A stretch of DNA of 64,000 bases, from contig NC_057750.1 of the NCBI RefSeq assembly GCF_004010195.1, positions 12,313,144-12,377,143 of the forward strand. Reading direction: 5' to 3'. The stretch's first letter is position 1. The number at the start of each line of letters is the position of its first letter. The position numbers and the translations under genes are program-made. Source of the DNA: Chiloscyllium plagiosum. Taxonomy: Eukaryota. Below the pieces are notes generated by a model that saw only the letters and a program-made list of their open reading frames with translations, was not told the DNA's origin and did not search any database. Of the stretch, positions 25,489-38,639 are shown piece after piece.

Positions 25489-27141
25489 TACCACCATGTT
25501 TGATCTTAGAAATGTAAAAAGAAATCTGGTTAGGGACATCAGAGTGCAGACCTCCATGAAGACGACTTTGAGAACCACACTCAGAAATGGAAGTTTTGAT
25601 AAAGGGGAGACAAAAAGAGAAAGGTATACAGAAACCAAACAACTGTTCTGCAGAGGGAAATTGAGGGAAGTATGAAAGTGCTGAAGTGACAGAACTAATG
25701 AAATACAAAGATTGTTCTCATGAAATCTGTTATCCCGCTGCTCCACTGGTACAAGAAAATATCAATTATTCAACTACAGAAGCCATTGCAGCTGCTGGAT
25801 CTGACTTCAACCATGAACCTCTTTGATTCAGCAACTAGGGACACAAGCAACAAACTGCAATGGTATATCACAAATAGTCACTGGAACTTTCTTTTTATAA
25901 ATAAACTTAATCTCATCTGCAATTGTTTTAACTTTGCAACTTCTTGTTAATAGTTTTATTTATTACCAATGAACCCAAGTAGTGACTTGTAATAAACTAA
26001 TCTTTAATCTGTTTAAACAAAATTTTGCCTTCTGACCTACTTTAACTTGAATAATTATAAATTAAAAGCTGCATACAGCTATATTAATCTATAGTTCACT
26101 GACCTTTGAGAAGGCACACCTGGTCGTCATGGCATTACAATTAATTACAGGATTGGGAAAGAAAGGGGCTGGGCAGAAATGGGGCCAGACGAAGAGAAAA
26201 GGGCCAACAAATTGGTGAGGAAGGAACAAAAAGGGAGTGATTTGATGTGTGATGGGACAAGTTAATATTGGAAAAGTCCAACATGAACAGTGAATCACTC
26301 TAGAGATTTTTCAAATGAACTGTGTAAACCTTTGTTGATGTTGAAGGGGTTACACACGTAGCGGGCGGGGATTTAAATGAGTGGAACAGAGTTGCAGCTT
26401 AGATTTTCTGGCCAAGTGAGAAAGCATCCCATTAATTCTGAGTCTAATAAATGGAGAATCATGATCTGCTGGCTTCAATTCCCACATAACCAATAAATCA
26501 GCAGTTCTCACAGTTTCACATTCCAACGAGATCTCATGAAGTCTTGAAGCCAAAGTACATTGTGGCTGACTGCCATCTGCTGAGATCTCAGGTATGCATG
26601 AGGCACTGCAGCCAAGGGAAGACAGTAGATCCTTATGCAACTGTGTTGGTGCAGGCCAATCATCTCAAGGACTGCAAGCTCTGCCATTCTGGCTGGAAGC
26701 TTCTGCTACACAAGGGGAAGGATTGCAGGGAAGGTGCAGTGTGCAAATGTTGACCTTCTTCAAAGCTTAAATTCTCACACTTCCATGATCTTGCAAACTC
26801 CTGGTGATTCAAGAACCTTGATATGGTATAAGAACATAGAAAATAGGAGCAGAAATAGGTTTTGCATTATCTCAAGCTTGCCAGCTGTCCAAAACATCAT
26901 GGCTTATTTCCCACGGGTCTCAATATTTCTTTTATGCCAGCTCTGCATAGCCCTCAACTCCCTGATATTTCAAAGTCTATCTACCTATTCTTCAAATACT
27001 TTCAGTGATCTAGCATCCAAAGCTTTCTGCGTAGCGAATTCCCGACATTTACTACCCTCTGAAGAAATTCCTTTGAAGCACGGTCAGTAATTTTGCAGAT
27101 GACATCAACATTGATAGTATAGTAGACAGTGAAGAAGGTTA

Positions 27142-27283
27142 AAGTCAAAAAGTGTGGCGCTGGAAAAGCTTATGCCTGAAACGTCAACGTTCCTGCTCCT
27201 CGGATGCTGCTGATTTGCTGTGCTTTTCCAGCACCACACTTTTTGACTTTGATTTCCAGCATCTGCAGTCCTCACTTTCTCCT
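27142..27283 (+). mobile_element. Tiny fold-back PLE insertion inside a CR1 fragment
   Basis: Arms aagtcaaaaagtgtggcgctggaaaagc and gcttttccagcaccacactttttgactt, 33-nt tail, 14-bp TSD agtgaagaaggtta (27128-27141 and 27284-27297). Confidence 0.85.
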
Positions 27284-27545
27284 AGTGAAGAAGGTTATCT
27301 AAGAGTACAAGGGGACCATTGAGTGTCTGAGCAATGAAGGCAAGCATTCCAAATGGCTCTTTACCACCTTGTCTACCTGTGATGCAACTTTCAAGGAACT
27401 ATGTACCTGAACCTCTAGGTCATTCTGTTCAACAACACTCCCCAAGGCCCTACCATTAACTGTATAAGTCCCATTCAAGTTCATTTTAACACCCTGCATT
27501 TATCTAAATTAAACTCCATCTGTCAGTTCTCTTAGAAAACCTTCT

Positions 27546-27796
27546 TTAGATTAGTTCCCTATAGTGTGGAAACAGGCCATTTGACCCAACAAGTCTACAT
27601 CGACCCTCTGAAGAGTAACCCATCCAGACCCATTCCGCTACCCTATAACCCTACATTTACCTCTGACTAATGGACTTAACACTATGGGCAATTTAGCATG
27701 GCCAATTCACCTGATCTGCCCATCTTTGGACTGTGGGAGGAAACCGGAGCACCAGAAGGATAACCCTGCAGACACTGGGAGAATGTGCAAACTCCA
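27546..27796 (-). mobile_element. HE1-type V-SINE (5'-truncated)
   Basis: Reverse-complement match to the other HE1 copies; tail ttagattag. Confidence 0.85.
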
Positions 27797-27802
27797 TTCA
27801 AT

Positions 27803-27946
27803 AGGAGAAAGTGAGAACTGCAGATGCTGGAGATCGGAGTCAAAAAATGTGGTGCTGGAAAAGCACAGCAAGTCAGGCAGCATCCGAGGAGCAGGAGAGT
27901 TGACATTTTGGGCTTAACTCCAGCATCTGCAGTCCTCACTTTCTCC
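27803..27946 (-). mobile_element. PLE end fragment with short inverted tail copy
   Basis: ggagaaagtgagaactgcagatgctggag ... ctccagcatctgcagtcctcactttctcc. Confidence 0.7.
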
Positions 27947-28530
27947 ATTGAGTATAGGAGTTGGGACGTCATGTTGCGGTTGTACAAGACATTGGTGAGG
28001 CTACTTTTGGAGGACTGTGTCCAGTTCTGGTCTTCCTGCTATAGGAAGGATATTATGAGATTGGAGAGGATTCAGAAAAGATTTACAAGGATATTGCTGG
28101 GACTGGAGGGTTTGAGTTATAAGGAGAGGCTGGATAGGCTGGGACTTATTTCATTGAAGTGTAGGAGGTTGAGGGGTGACCTTATAGAGGTTTATAAATC
28201 ATGATGGGCATAGATAATATGGTCAATAGCAAAGGTCTCTTCCCTAGGGAGGGGAGTTCAAAACAAGAGGCCATAATTTTAAGGTGAAAGGAGAAAGATT
28301 TAAAAGGCACCCGAGGGGCAATGTTCACATACAGAGGGTGGCATGACTGCCAGAGGAAGTGGTAGATGCAGGTGCGATTACAACATTTAAAGATATTTGG
28401 ACAGGTACATGGATGGGGAAGGTTTCGAATGCTATGGGTCAAACGGGCATTTAGGACTAATTTAGTTTGGAAGACCTGGTTGGCATGGATGAGTTGGACC
28501 AAAATGTCTGTTTCCACGCTGGATGACTCT
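27947..28530 (+). mobile_element. CR1-type LINE 3' end
   Basis: IEYRSWDVMLRLYKTLVRLLLEDCVQFWS...RRLRGDLIEVYK within ORF 27824..28204. Confidence 0.88.
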
Positions 28531-28562
28531 GTTTCTATTAATGAGTGTCCCTTATCCTAGTT

Positions 28563-28854
28563 CGGCACGGTGGCTCAGTGGTTAGCACTGCTGCCTCATA
28601 GCACCAGGGACCCAGGTTCAATTCCAGCCTCAGGCAACTGTCTGTGTGGAGTTTACACTTTCTCCCCATATCTGCATGGGTTTCCTCCCACAATCCAAAG
28701 ATGTGCAGATCAGGTCAATTGGTCATTGCTAAATTGCCCATAGTGTTAGGTGCATTAGTCAGAGGGAATTGGGTCTGGATGGGTTACTCTTCGGAGGGTC
28801 GGAGTGGACTTGTTGGGCCAAATGGCTTGTTTCCTTACTGTAGGGAATCTAATC
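28563..28854 (+). mobile_element. HE1-type V-SINE
   Basis: cggcacggtggctcagtggttagcactgctgcctc...ggttcaattcc...tagggaatctaatc. Confidence 0.88.
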
Positions 28855-29100
28855 CGTGGTTCAAGATTCCCCCTTGTGTAGAAGCATCTTCAACATCTAA
28901 CATGTCTGAGCATTTTTATAGAGTCAGTTGATTTGCAGCAGTTTTTTTTGTAGCTCCCTATGTCCAGCTTGATCCAGATTGTTTCTTTTTTAACAGAAGT
29001 CTATAAAAATTAATGATATTTTGGTTGAGTAAAGCATTCACTCTCGTGTTACTGTGATATCATCTGAATGTTTTAATAAATCTATTTCTCTAATTGGTAG

Positions 29101-29200
29101 AGCACTGTGGATAAGCTGATCAAAAAGACAAACCTGGCACTGGTGATTGGTACGCACTCATGGCGGGAGCAGTTTATGGAGGCCATTACAGTCAGTGCTG
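29101..29200 (+). CDS. SLC8A2: Na+/Ca2+ exchanger coding exon (100 nt)
   Basis: ttggtAG|AGC ACT GTG...AGT GCT G|GTgaga. Translates STVDKLIKKTNLALVIGTHSWREQFMEAITVSA; LVIGTHSWREQF is NCX2-type. Confidence 0.94.
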
Positions 29201-29559
29201 GTGAGATGACATTTTAATTTCCATATTTCTTAGTGTTAGAGCAGAGCTGTGCATTGTTAATTAACCATTAGCTGAAGATGCTGATATCATTCTAGCCACA
29301 TGGAAACACTTGACAGCATACATGTGAATGTGTGATGTTTACCATCACTGTAATCCAACAATTTAAAGCACTCACAACAATTAAGCATTATTACACTCTG
29401 CTTTCCGTGATATCATTGTATCTACAAAAATGCATAATATACTTGCATACAATGTGCAAATATGGATATTGCGAAGCTTTATGTACTTTTTGCCTTTATG
29501 ACACAGTTTAAAACCTGCATCTTTGATTTGCAATAATTACTGAAGTCCACGGACTCTCT

Positions 29560-30010
29560 CCAATACATCGACTACACATCTTTGCATCCCTGTTGCATCT
29601 AAAGACTCTGTTCCATTCTCCCTGCTTCTCCTCAATCACATCTGTTCTGATAATACAAACTTCCACATGGGGACTTTCAATAGGCCTTTTTCTTCACCAA
29701 ACAAGCTTCACTCCCTTCCCTACTCAAATTCTAATTGATAGGGCCCTCAACTATGTCCACTCCACTTCCTATACTTCTGCTGTCACCACACAAACTCAAC
29801 CCCAGAACCACGGCAGTATTTTCCTATGTCTTCATCTTCTATCTCATCAGCTTCCATGTTCAATAAATCATCCTCTGCCAATTCCAAATTGAAGCCACCA
29901 CCAAACATGATCCCCCACCACTGCTAGCATTCTAAAGGATCCATTCTCTCTTCAACATCCTGATCTATTCTTCAATTACTCCTAATACACTCTCCCCTTC
30001 TTCCTACTTA
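29560..30010 (+). mobile_element. Old PLE RT C-terminal remnant
   Basis: aaagactctgttccattctccctgcttctcctcaatcacatctgttctgat reads KDSVPFSLLLLNHICSD, similar to the PLE motif K.SIPFSQFLRLRRICS. Confidence 0.5.
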
Positions 30011-31299
30011 ATTACTTTACACACTTTGTTTCTCTACTTTCACTTATAGCTAGGACCTGGCATTCTGTATAACTGGATAGAGATCGGGGACAGGAAGTAG
30101 CTTGGTTGTTGTCTGGCTGAGTCAAAAAATAGTAGAAAGTGAAATAGGAAGCTGAGGAGAAACAAAGCATGTAGCGATGGGTAAGAGGGGTCAGGTGTAG
30201 ATGGAAACATGATCCCACCAGACACATTGGATGGAATATAGGCTTTAGGATTGGAAGTCAAGAGCTGATGGAACTTAGGCAGGGAGTTCAAACTGTGGTG
30301 TGCAACCACCAGTGTGGAATTATGGGTTCCAAGTTCTAAACCAGCAATGGTTGTTGCGTGGATACTAAGAGCTGTAAGTTCTCTTGACTTTTTGCTGTTA
30401 CCATGCGTGGTCTAATGGGCAGATAGAGACATGGTTGCTGCAAAAATACCTGTGAAAGGGCAGGTTTCCATTTTTAAAAACCCTGCAGTTTAAATGATTT
30501 CTACTATGCTGAACATTGTTCATATCATGGTGAGGACCTAAATAGCCTTCTGCAGGTCCATCACGCTCCAGCAGCCAAGGATAAAGACCACTCTCCTACC
30601 TCCACAAACAGCAGCTAAAGCTACGCTTCAAGGAGAATTCTGAGGCATTAAAATGGTATCATACAGGGAAATACCTTGGGAAGAGCTGCACTAAGATGGC
30701 AGGACTACACAGTATATCTCAGACCCTAAATCCCTAATTACCCAGCTGAGTAGTGCTCCAAATAAGAGTCATTGCCTATGCTTTCTTCTCCCTGGGCCCT
30801 GTAACTCTGAGGATGAGGCCAAAAGTAGAGTGAGAGAGTGGGAAAGAGGCAAGATGGCATAATAATGAGGATATTAATGTCTGCAAGTAGGCCTGTCACC
30901 ACTCACAAACAAGAACCTTGTCTCCCCACTCAGCACTTGGTTGGAAAAATGGGACATGTTGCTCTTGATATCAAGACAGGAATTTCCTTCCTGCTGATGT
31001 CACGTGATTCTCCTAACTTTCTTGCCATTGTCAATGTCATACAGTGTCTGGAGAGATTTCGCCTTGTGACATTTTTCCAAGTACTGGAGTTCTTCTTCCT
31101 TAATGAAATCAAAATAAGAATTTGAAAGTTCAGTGTGATGAGCTGAACTTCATGCTTACGTCTGTATTTGGAATAAGCTTATCTGTGACATTAGGAACAT
31201 TGTGAAACATGACTTTTGTTCAGCAGTCATGTTCTGTGGTTTAAGTTAATGAGACGTGGAATTGCAGCTTCTTGCTATTTTCAAAATCTCTACTTCTAA

Positions 31300-31522
31300 C
31301 AAGTTGATAAAATGTGGAGTTGGAAAGGCATAGTAGTTCAGGTAGCAGCGGAGGAGCAGGAAAGTTGACATTTTGGGTCAGGGCTGTTCATCAATCCTGA
31401 TGAAGGGTCCTGACCCGAAACGTCAACTCTCCTGCTCCTCCTCCAATGCTGCCTGACCTGTTGTGCTTTTCCAGCTCCACATTTTCTCGACTCTGACTTC
31501 CAGCATCTACAGTTCTTACTAT
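31300..31522 (+). mobile_element. Palindromic PLE end insertion with back-to-back hammerhead motifs
   Basis: Left arm (31300-31393) is a diverged reverse complement of 31398-31492; typical tail ttccagcatctacagttc follows. Confidence 0.8.
31397..31424 (+). ncRNA. Minimal type-I hammerhead motif
   Basis: CTGATGA-A-GGGTC-CT-GACCC-GAAA-CG-TC. Confidence 0.72.
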
Positions 31523-32139
31523 CTACTCCAACAAACCTGATTCATATAATATTGCCTAAGGCTTAGAGTGATTATTTAACTGTTATCTGAACCTGAAGAA
31601 AATAGAAGATATGAAAACATTTATATTACTCTCAGTGATCAACTTGCAGTAGCAACCCTAAGAAATGCTCATTTATCTTGGTAACCAACACCTTTCCCAC
31701 TTCCTTTCAATACTTTTTGATCTCTTTAGTGCAAAGAACTATCTAACTCCGTGTATTGGCTTCAACTGCTTGCTGTGACAGAGATTCCATTAGGCTCACC
31801 ACTCACTGGAAGAAGAAATATTTCCTCATTTCAGTCCTAAATGGCTACCCCATATCATTAAACTGTGACCCCTAGTTCTAAACTCCCCAGTCATTGGGAA
31901 CACCCTTCATATATACCCAGTCTTTTTATAGATTTCTATGAGCTTCCATATTCATACTTCTAAACTCCAGTGAACATAGTCTTAGCCAATCCAGTTTATC
32001 TTCATACATGTACTGCCATTCTAGCAATTAGCCAGATTCCCCCTTAGCCAAATCATTTTTCCTCAGATATAAAGTCCAAAACTTGCATGCAATAAAGTGT
32101 GTGGATGATAGTAAAATAGGTGGGAAAACAGGCGGTGAA

Positions 32140-33290
32140 ATAGGAAGAGGCTGAATAGGTTGGGGCATTTTCTTCCTGGAGTGTTGGAGACTGTGGGGTG
32201 ACCTTATAGAGGTTTATAAAATCATGAGGAGCATGGATAGGGTGAATAGTCAAGGTGTTTTTCCAAGGGTGGGGAGTCCTAAACTAGAGGCATAGGTTTA
32301 AAGTGAGAGGGGCAAGACTTAAAAAAGACCTGAGGAATAACGTTTTCATGCAGAGTCTGGTGCATGTACAGAATGAGCTGCTAGAGGAAGTGGTGGAGGC
32401 TGGTACAATTAAAACACTTAAAAGGCATCTGGATGGTTATATGAATAAGAAAGATTTAGAGGGATATGGGCCAAATGCTGTAAGTGGGACAGATGAAATT
32501 GGGATGTTTGGTTGGCTTAGCTGTATGACTATGATGAAGAAATACAGAGTTTACAGATGGATATTGATAGGCTCGAGAATGGGTCGTAATTTAGCAGAGG
32601 GAGTTTAATGTGAATAAATTTGAAGTTGTCCATTTTTGCCAGATGAATAAAAGGACAAATTATTATTTAAATGGGAAGCAGATTCAAGGTGTATCAGTGC
32701 AGAGAGATCTGGACACCTTTGTGCAGGAAGCCTAGGAATTAGGTATACAGGTACAGCATGTATTAAGAAAAGCAAATGGAATTACAAAATTCTGACGTGG
32801 CCACACTTGGAGTATTACAGTTTTGGTCACTGCATTATAGGAAAGATGTGGAAGCTTTGGAAAGGGTGCAGAGGAGATTTACCAGGATGTTGCCTGGTAT
32901 GGGGGGGGAAGGTCTTATGAGGTAAGGCTGAGGGACTTGAGTCTGTTTTCATTATAAAGGAGAAGATTGAGAGGTGACTTAATTGAGAGGAACATCCTGC
33001 CTGCAACAGTAGTAGATGGGCCAACTTTTAAGGGCATTTAAATGATCATTGGATATACGTATGGATGAAAATGGAACAATGTAGATTAGATGGGCTTCAG
33101 ATTGGTTCCACAGGTCAGCGCAACATTGAGGGCTGAAGGGCCTGTACTGTGCTGTTATGTTCTATGTTCGATGAATCCTGACATTTATTGCTACAACACT
33201 GGATTATAAAAGTGAAGAAGTGTTATTCCAATTATTTACTGGAATATTGTGTCCAGTTTTGGTCTCCTTGCTTGAGGAAGGATGTGTTTT
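32140..33290 (+). mobile_element. Nested CR1-type LINE 3' fragments
   Basis: ggggtgaccttatagaggtttataaaatcatg, ORF 32303..32608 (LKRHLDGYMN), ggccacacttggagtatt, tail gaagggcctgtactgtgctg. Confidence 0.8.
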
Positions 33291-34009
33291 GCCTGCAAAC
33301 TTGGCAATATTACATCTAAATTATTTATATTGTGAATAGCTGGGATTTAAGTGCTGATCTCTGTTGTACCCCACTAGTCACTTTTTGCAACTCTGAAAAA
33401 GACCTGCTAACTTCTATTGTTTGTTTCCGGTTTATCAGCCAGTTCCATGTCAGCATACTACTCCCAATCCCATGGACTTTATGTTTACATGCCTATTTCT
33501 TATGAGGGACCTTATCAAAAGCCAGATGAAAGCCCAAGTAGAACACATCTACTGGCTATCCCTTAGCAGCTCTACTAATTACACCTTTGAAAGATTTCAG
33601 TAGATTTGTCAAGCATGATTTCCCTTTTGCAAATCCATGCTGACCCTGTCCAATCCTGCCACTGTTGTCCAAGTGCTCTGCTGTTAAATTTTTAATAATG
33701 CATTTCCCACTACAATGTCAGGATACTGTGTCATAGTTCTCTGCTTTCTTTTTTCCTCCTTTTTAAAATAGTGGGGTTACCTTAGCTACCCTCCAATTTA
33801 TAGGAATTGTTCCAGATTCTATAGAATCTTGAAAGATGACCACGGAATACATATAGTATTTTAAGGGCCACTTCCTTAAGTGCACTGGGGTGTAAATTAT
33901 TGGGCCATAGGAATTTAATTCCATTGATTTCCCAATAACACTTCTCAATTGTTACCGATTTCCTTCAGTTCCTCCCACTCACTAGACACTGTATTCTCTA
34001 AAATGTTTT

Positions 34010-34918
34010 TAATAGATTTTTTAACGAAGAAAAAGGAAATGATTTTAACATCTTTTACAAACTTACAAAATAACACAAACAAAATAAACACTAATATACC
34101 ATTAAAATTAAATAAATAACCAAAACACAACACAAAAAAAGAAAAAAAACTCAACGAAGAACTCATCTAACCGACAAATAACCAAAGCATATAATAGAAT
34201 ATCTTACATTACTCTTAAAAAAATAGTTAACATAGTAAATAAATAATGAAGTACATGCTCAGAATTAATAACATAATAAAACCCGGATGCATACGGGATT
34301 CTTCCCCCCCACCCCCTCCGCGGGGCCCCCAGACCAGCCAGAACCACTACAACTAGATAAAAGCCCTTGACAATATGGCCAAGATATCTGTATCTATATA
34401 GTTCAGGAAGGGCTGCCATATTTTATAGAATATAGTTTTTTGGTGCACCATATTTGAAAGGAAGTCAAGGGGAATACATTGCATGATTAACCTGTACCAA
34501 TTTGAAAGTCCTGGAGGGCCCTCAGTTACCCAATTTACTAAGATATTTTTCCTTGCACAAAAGGAGAGAATGGAGAATAATTTCCTCCCGTGCATATCCA
34601 GGGAGGGCAGGTTCAAGAAGTCCAGGAGAAGAGATATTGGATATACTCCAATTTCTGCTCCCAAGATTTCTGTCAGTGCATTTGCTACTCTGGTCCAGTA
34701 TTTATGGATTTTATGAGATGTCCATAAGCAGTGTGTGAGAGTGCCCACTTCTATTTTACATTTAGGACACATTGGAAATGTTCCTGCCCTAAATTTTGCC
34801 AGTTGTTCCGGTGCTATATGAGTCCCATAGAGTATGTTTAGTTGAATAGCTTGGGTTCTATTACAAATGTTGATCTTTCTGGCATTTTCCCAGATGTTGT
34901 CCCACATTTCTGAGGGAT
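34010..34918 (-). mobile_element. LINE-1 (L1 clade) 3' end: ORF2 C-terminal Zn-binding domain and 3' UTR
   Basis: ORF 34353..34907: WDNIW...IQLNILY...CPKC...GTLTHCLWTS.KI.KYW...ARKNILVNW...FYKIWQPF, followed by a GT/T-rich UTR and short A-rich end. Confidence 0.85.
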
Positions 34919-35188
34919 TTCTAACATTTTTAGAATGTTACTTGTGTTTTCCTTTGAGAAGGAAGGAGGGAAATGTCTATTTAATTGGTGTGCCATCTCT
35001 TTGTTCCCCAATATAACTTCTCCTGTTTATGGTTGTAAGGGATCTACATCTGTCTTCACAAATCTTGTTCTTTTCACATATCTACACAAGCTTTTACAAT
35101 CAGTTTGTATGTTTCCTTACTCTCTACTGTGTTTCCCTCCTCTTAATCAATCCTTTTGTTCTCCTTTGATGAAATCTAAACTGCTCCT

Positions 35189-35497
35189 GGGTGGCACGGT
35201 GGCTAGCACTGCTGCCTCACAGTGCCAGAGGCCAGGGTTCAATTCCTGCCTCAGGCAACTGTCTGTGTAGAGTTTGCATATTCTCCCCGTGTCTGCGTGG
35301 GTTTCCTCCAGGCGCTCCGGTTTCCTCCCACAGTCCAAAAATGTGCAGGTTAGGTGAACTGACTATGCTAAATTGCCTATAGTGTTAGGTGAAGGGGTAA
35401 ATGTAGGGGAATGGGTCTGGGTGGGTTGCTCTTCGGAGGGTTGGTGTGGACTTGTTGGGCCGAAGGGCCTGTTTCCACACTGTAAGTAATCTAATCT
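35189..35497 (+). mobile_element. HE1-type V-SINE, near full length
   Basis: gggtggcacggtggctagcactgctgcctcacag...ggttcaattcc...cactgtaagtaatctaatct. Confidence 0.9.
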
Positions 35498-36493
35498 TCA
35501 GGTCTGCCGTACGTTTTGCCCAGTTTGTATGTCCCTTCCTTCGAACTAATACTATTCCTAATTTCCATTGTTACCAATGGTCAGACCAACTTTCCCATTC
35601 TATTTTTGTGGTTGCCAGGAATGAACAATTGTTGCAGTTCCTACATGCTCTTTTTAAATGTTTTCCACTGTCCATTGTCATCCCTTTAAGTAATATTCCT
35701 CAATTTATCATAGCCAGCTCCAATTTCTTAGTAGTTTCCCTTTATTTAGATTCTGGACCCTTATCTGAGAATCAACCATGTCATTCTCCATTTTAGTGAA
35801 GAATACTGTCATATTATGGTTACATAAAGCCTGAAGCCTCAGGACGTAACAAAACTGTTTAAAACTAGTATGGTTGAGTTGTAATTGCAGTTATAATCTA
35901 TGAATTTCGAGCTCGAGAAAACTGTTTGGTAGCTGTAGGCTTGCAATCACAGAGAAATGAAATCAGGAATATGCTGGGGCAGAATTGGAGGTATGCAGAG
36001 ATTTCAAAGAATTTAAGGTTGGATGAGGTTAGAGAGAAAAGAAAGGATTTGTGATGGGATCTGAAGACTAACAGTTGGATGAAGTGAAAGCCACAGCCAG
36101 GAAAGAATTGGATGAGATAGAAACCTAAAGTTAAAGCTTCAACAATGTAAGGGCTTACAAGTGGAAGAGGCAAAATCCAGGTATAAAGGTAGGTGGAGGG
36201 AAAGCTGGAATTAGGGATGGCAATATTCTTGAACATCATCTTCTTGGGGCTGAGGAGTGACTATATTCCAGCAACTGAGGATGGCACGGTGACTGGTGAG
36301 ATTGGCAGAGCCAGTTTTGATTATGCATGACTCCTAATTATGACTTCTTACATATTCTTTCACTATTTTTCCTCATCAAGGTTACTGCACTAAGAATACA
36401 AGAATGCAAAGCTTTGATGTTTTGAGAAATAGAAACAATGATATATCATCTAAGACCAGTCATCACTCTGATGTGAGTTTATTTATTTTTCAG

Positions 36494-36769
36494 GTGATGG
36501 TGAAGATGAAGATGATACACGGGATGAGAAGCTGCCTTCTTGTTTTGATTATGTTATGCATTTCTTGACGGTTTTCTGGAAAGTTCTCTTTGCCTTTGTT
36601 CCTCCCACTGAGTATTGGAATGGTTGGGCCTGTTTCATCGTCTGTATGGCTGTGATTGGTTTACTTACAGCTTTCATCAATGATCTGGCTTCACATTTTG
36701 GCTGCACAGTGGGATTGAAAGATTCCGTGACTGCTGTGGTCTTTGTGGCACTTGGCACCTCTGTACCAG
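36494..36769 (+). CDS. SLC8A2: Na+/Ca2+ exchanger coding exon (276 nt; TM segments leading into alpha-2 repeat)
   Basis: ttttcAG|GT GAT GGT...GTA CCA G|GTaatt. Translates (G)DGEDEDDTRDEKLPSCFDYVMHFLTVFWKVLFAFVPPTEYWNGWACFIVCMAVIGLLTAFINDLASHFGCTVGLKDSVTAVVFVALGTSVP; overlaps ORF 36556..36777. Confidence 0.95.
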
Positions 36770-36879
36770 GTAATTAACAGAATGGCAACAGGAATAAACA
36801 TAGCCAATAATGTGTGATGTCTGGGACAATTACTCATGAGGTAGAAATTCACCTTGTAAACTGGACACCGTTATACATA

Positions 36880-38150
36880 AAGCCATGGAGATGTACAGTG
36901 TGGAAAAGGGCCCTTGGTCCACCTTGTGCAAGGCAACCAGATATCCTATATTAATCTAGTCCCGTTTTCCAGCATTTGAGTCAAATCTCTCTATATCCTT
37001 CCTATTTATGTACCATCCAAATGCCTTTTAAATCTTGTTTACCAGCCTCCACCATCTCTCCAGGGAGCTTATTCCATACACACACTATCCTCTGCATGAA
37101 AAAGTTCCCCGATGTCCCTTTTAAATTCTTTCTCATCTTAGTCTTGGATTCCCCAACCCGAGCAAAAAGACCTTGGCTATTTACGCTATCCATGCCCCCC
37201 AGCCTCTCTCTCTAAAGCTCAAACCCTCCAACCCTGGTAATATTTTTGTAAATCTTTTCTAAATCCTTTCAGGTTTCACAACATCTTTCCTATAGCAGGA
37301 AGACCAGAATTGAACGAAGTATTCTGAAAGTAGCCTAACCAATGTCCTGTACAGTTGCAACATGACTTCCCAACTCCTATATTCAAAGCACTGACCGCTA
37401 ATTGCGAGCGTACCAAACAACTTCCTCAATGCCCTATCTACCTGTGACTTCACTTTCAAGGAACTATGAACCTGCACTCCAAGGTCTCTTTGTTCAGCAA
37501 CACTCCCCAGGACCTTACAATTAATTGTGTGAGTACTATTCTGACTTTCCTTACCAAAATATAACACCTCATATTTATTTAAATTCCAAATGCCACTCCT
37601 TGGCCCACTGGCCCATCTGATCAAGGTCCTGTTGTACTCTATGGCAACCTTCTTCGCTTAAAAATGTGTTGCTGGAAAAGCGCTGCAGGTCAGGCAGCAT
37701 CAAAGGAGGAGAATCGACGTTTCAGGAAGAAGGGCTTATGCCCGAAACGTCGATTCTCCTCCTTTGCTGCCTGACCTGCTGAACTTTTCCAGCAACACAT
37801 TTTTAAGCTCTGATCCCCAGCATCTGCAGTCCTCACTTTCCACTAGTTGATTTTAACCTTCTTCGCTATCTAATACACCATGAATTTTGGTGCCATCTGC
37901 AAACATACTAACCATGCCTCCTATATTCACATCCAAATCATTTATGTAAATGACAAAAAGCAGTGGACCCAGCACCAATCCTTGTGGCATACTGCTGATA
38001 ACAGGCCTTCAATCCAAAAAGCAACCCTCCACCACCACCCTCTGTCTCCTACCTTCAAGCTAATTTTGTATCCACATGGCTAGCTGCCCTGTATTCCATG
38101 TGATCTAACCTTACTAACCAGTCTACCATGTGGAACAATGTCAAACAATA
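36880..38150 (-). mobile_element. CR1-type LINE 3' portion (hosts the PLE at 37659-37854)
   Basis: ORFs 37259..37624 (EQRDLGVQVHSSLK...LYRTLVRL) and 37002..37193 (GNFFMQRIVCVWNKLP). Confidence 0.88.
37659..37854 (+). mobile_element. Fold-back PLE end insertion
   Basis: ~65-bp inverted arms around agggcttatgcccgaaacgtc; 13-bp TSD aaccttcttcgct (37646-37658 and 37855-37867). Confidence 0.87.
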
Positions 38151-38639
38151 CACAATACTTGATACTCAATTAACTGTGAGTATTACATGAAACCAGTGTG
38201 TTATTAAGCATCTTATTCAAGCTGAATTGCACCCCAAAGTGTTTATTTTTCTTCCATTTTATTTCAAGAGATATGAGGATCACTGGGGAGGTGAGCAGTG
38301 GCTGCCCGTCCCCAAATACCATTGATCTGGCTTAAGTGAGACAATTTCAGAGGGCAGTTAAGAATCAACTGCATTTCTATGGAGTCACATGTAGGTCAGG
38401 TTCAGTAAGGATGGTAGATTTCCTTCCCTAAAGGACATTAATGATCTAAGTCAGTTTTTTTTGACAACTGATTACAGTAGTTGTGGCCACCATTACTGAG
38501 AATCAGGAAATCTGCTATCCTTATTTGAGCTGGCCCGAATGTGACACCAGAATCACAGTGATATGGTTGACTCTTAACTGCTGCTGGGTATTTAGGGTTG
38601 GGCAATAAATGCTGGCCTAACCAGTAATATTCTACAACT

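Larger units (their letters stand above)
33300..35820 (-). mobile_element. CR1-type LINE fragment interrupted by L1 and HE1 insertions
   Basis: IFQDSIESGTIPINWRVAKVTPLF (ORF 33763..33948) and QHGF-region sequence. CR1 sequence resumes after ~34920 and after 35497. Confidence 0.7.

Noticed and set aside
26635..27090. 151-aa + strand ORF
   Set aside because: No recognisable domain; the 3' half is antisense to a decayed CR1 tail.
27142..27283. Short inverted-repeat elements as DNA-transposon MITEs (also 31300, 37659)
   Set aside because: Asymmetric 3' tail, long variable TSDs and identity to the ends of GIY-YIG-bearing copies indicate PLE retro-insertions.
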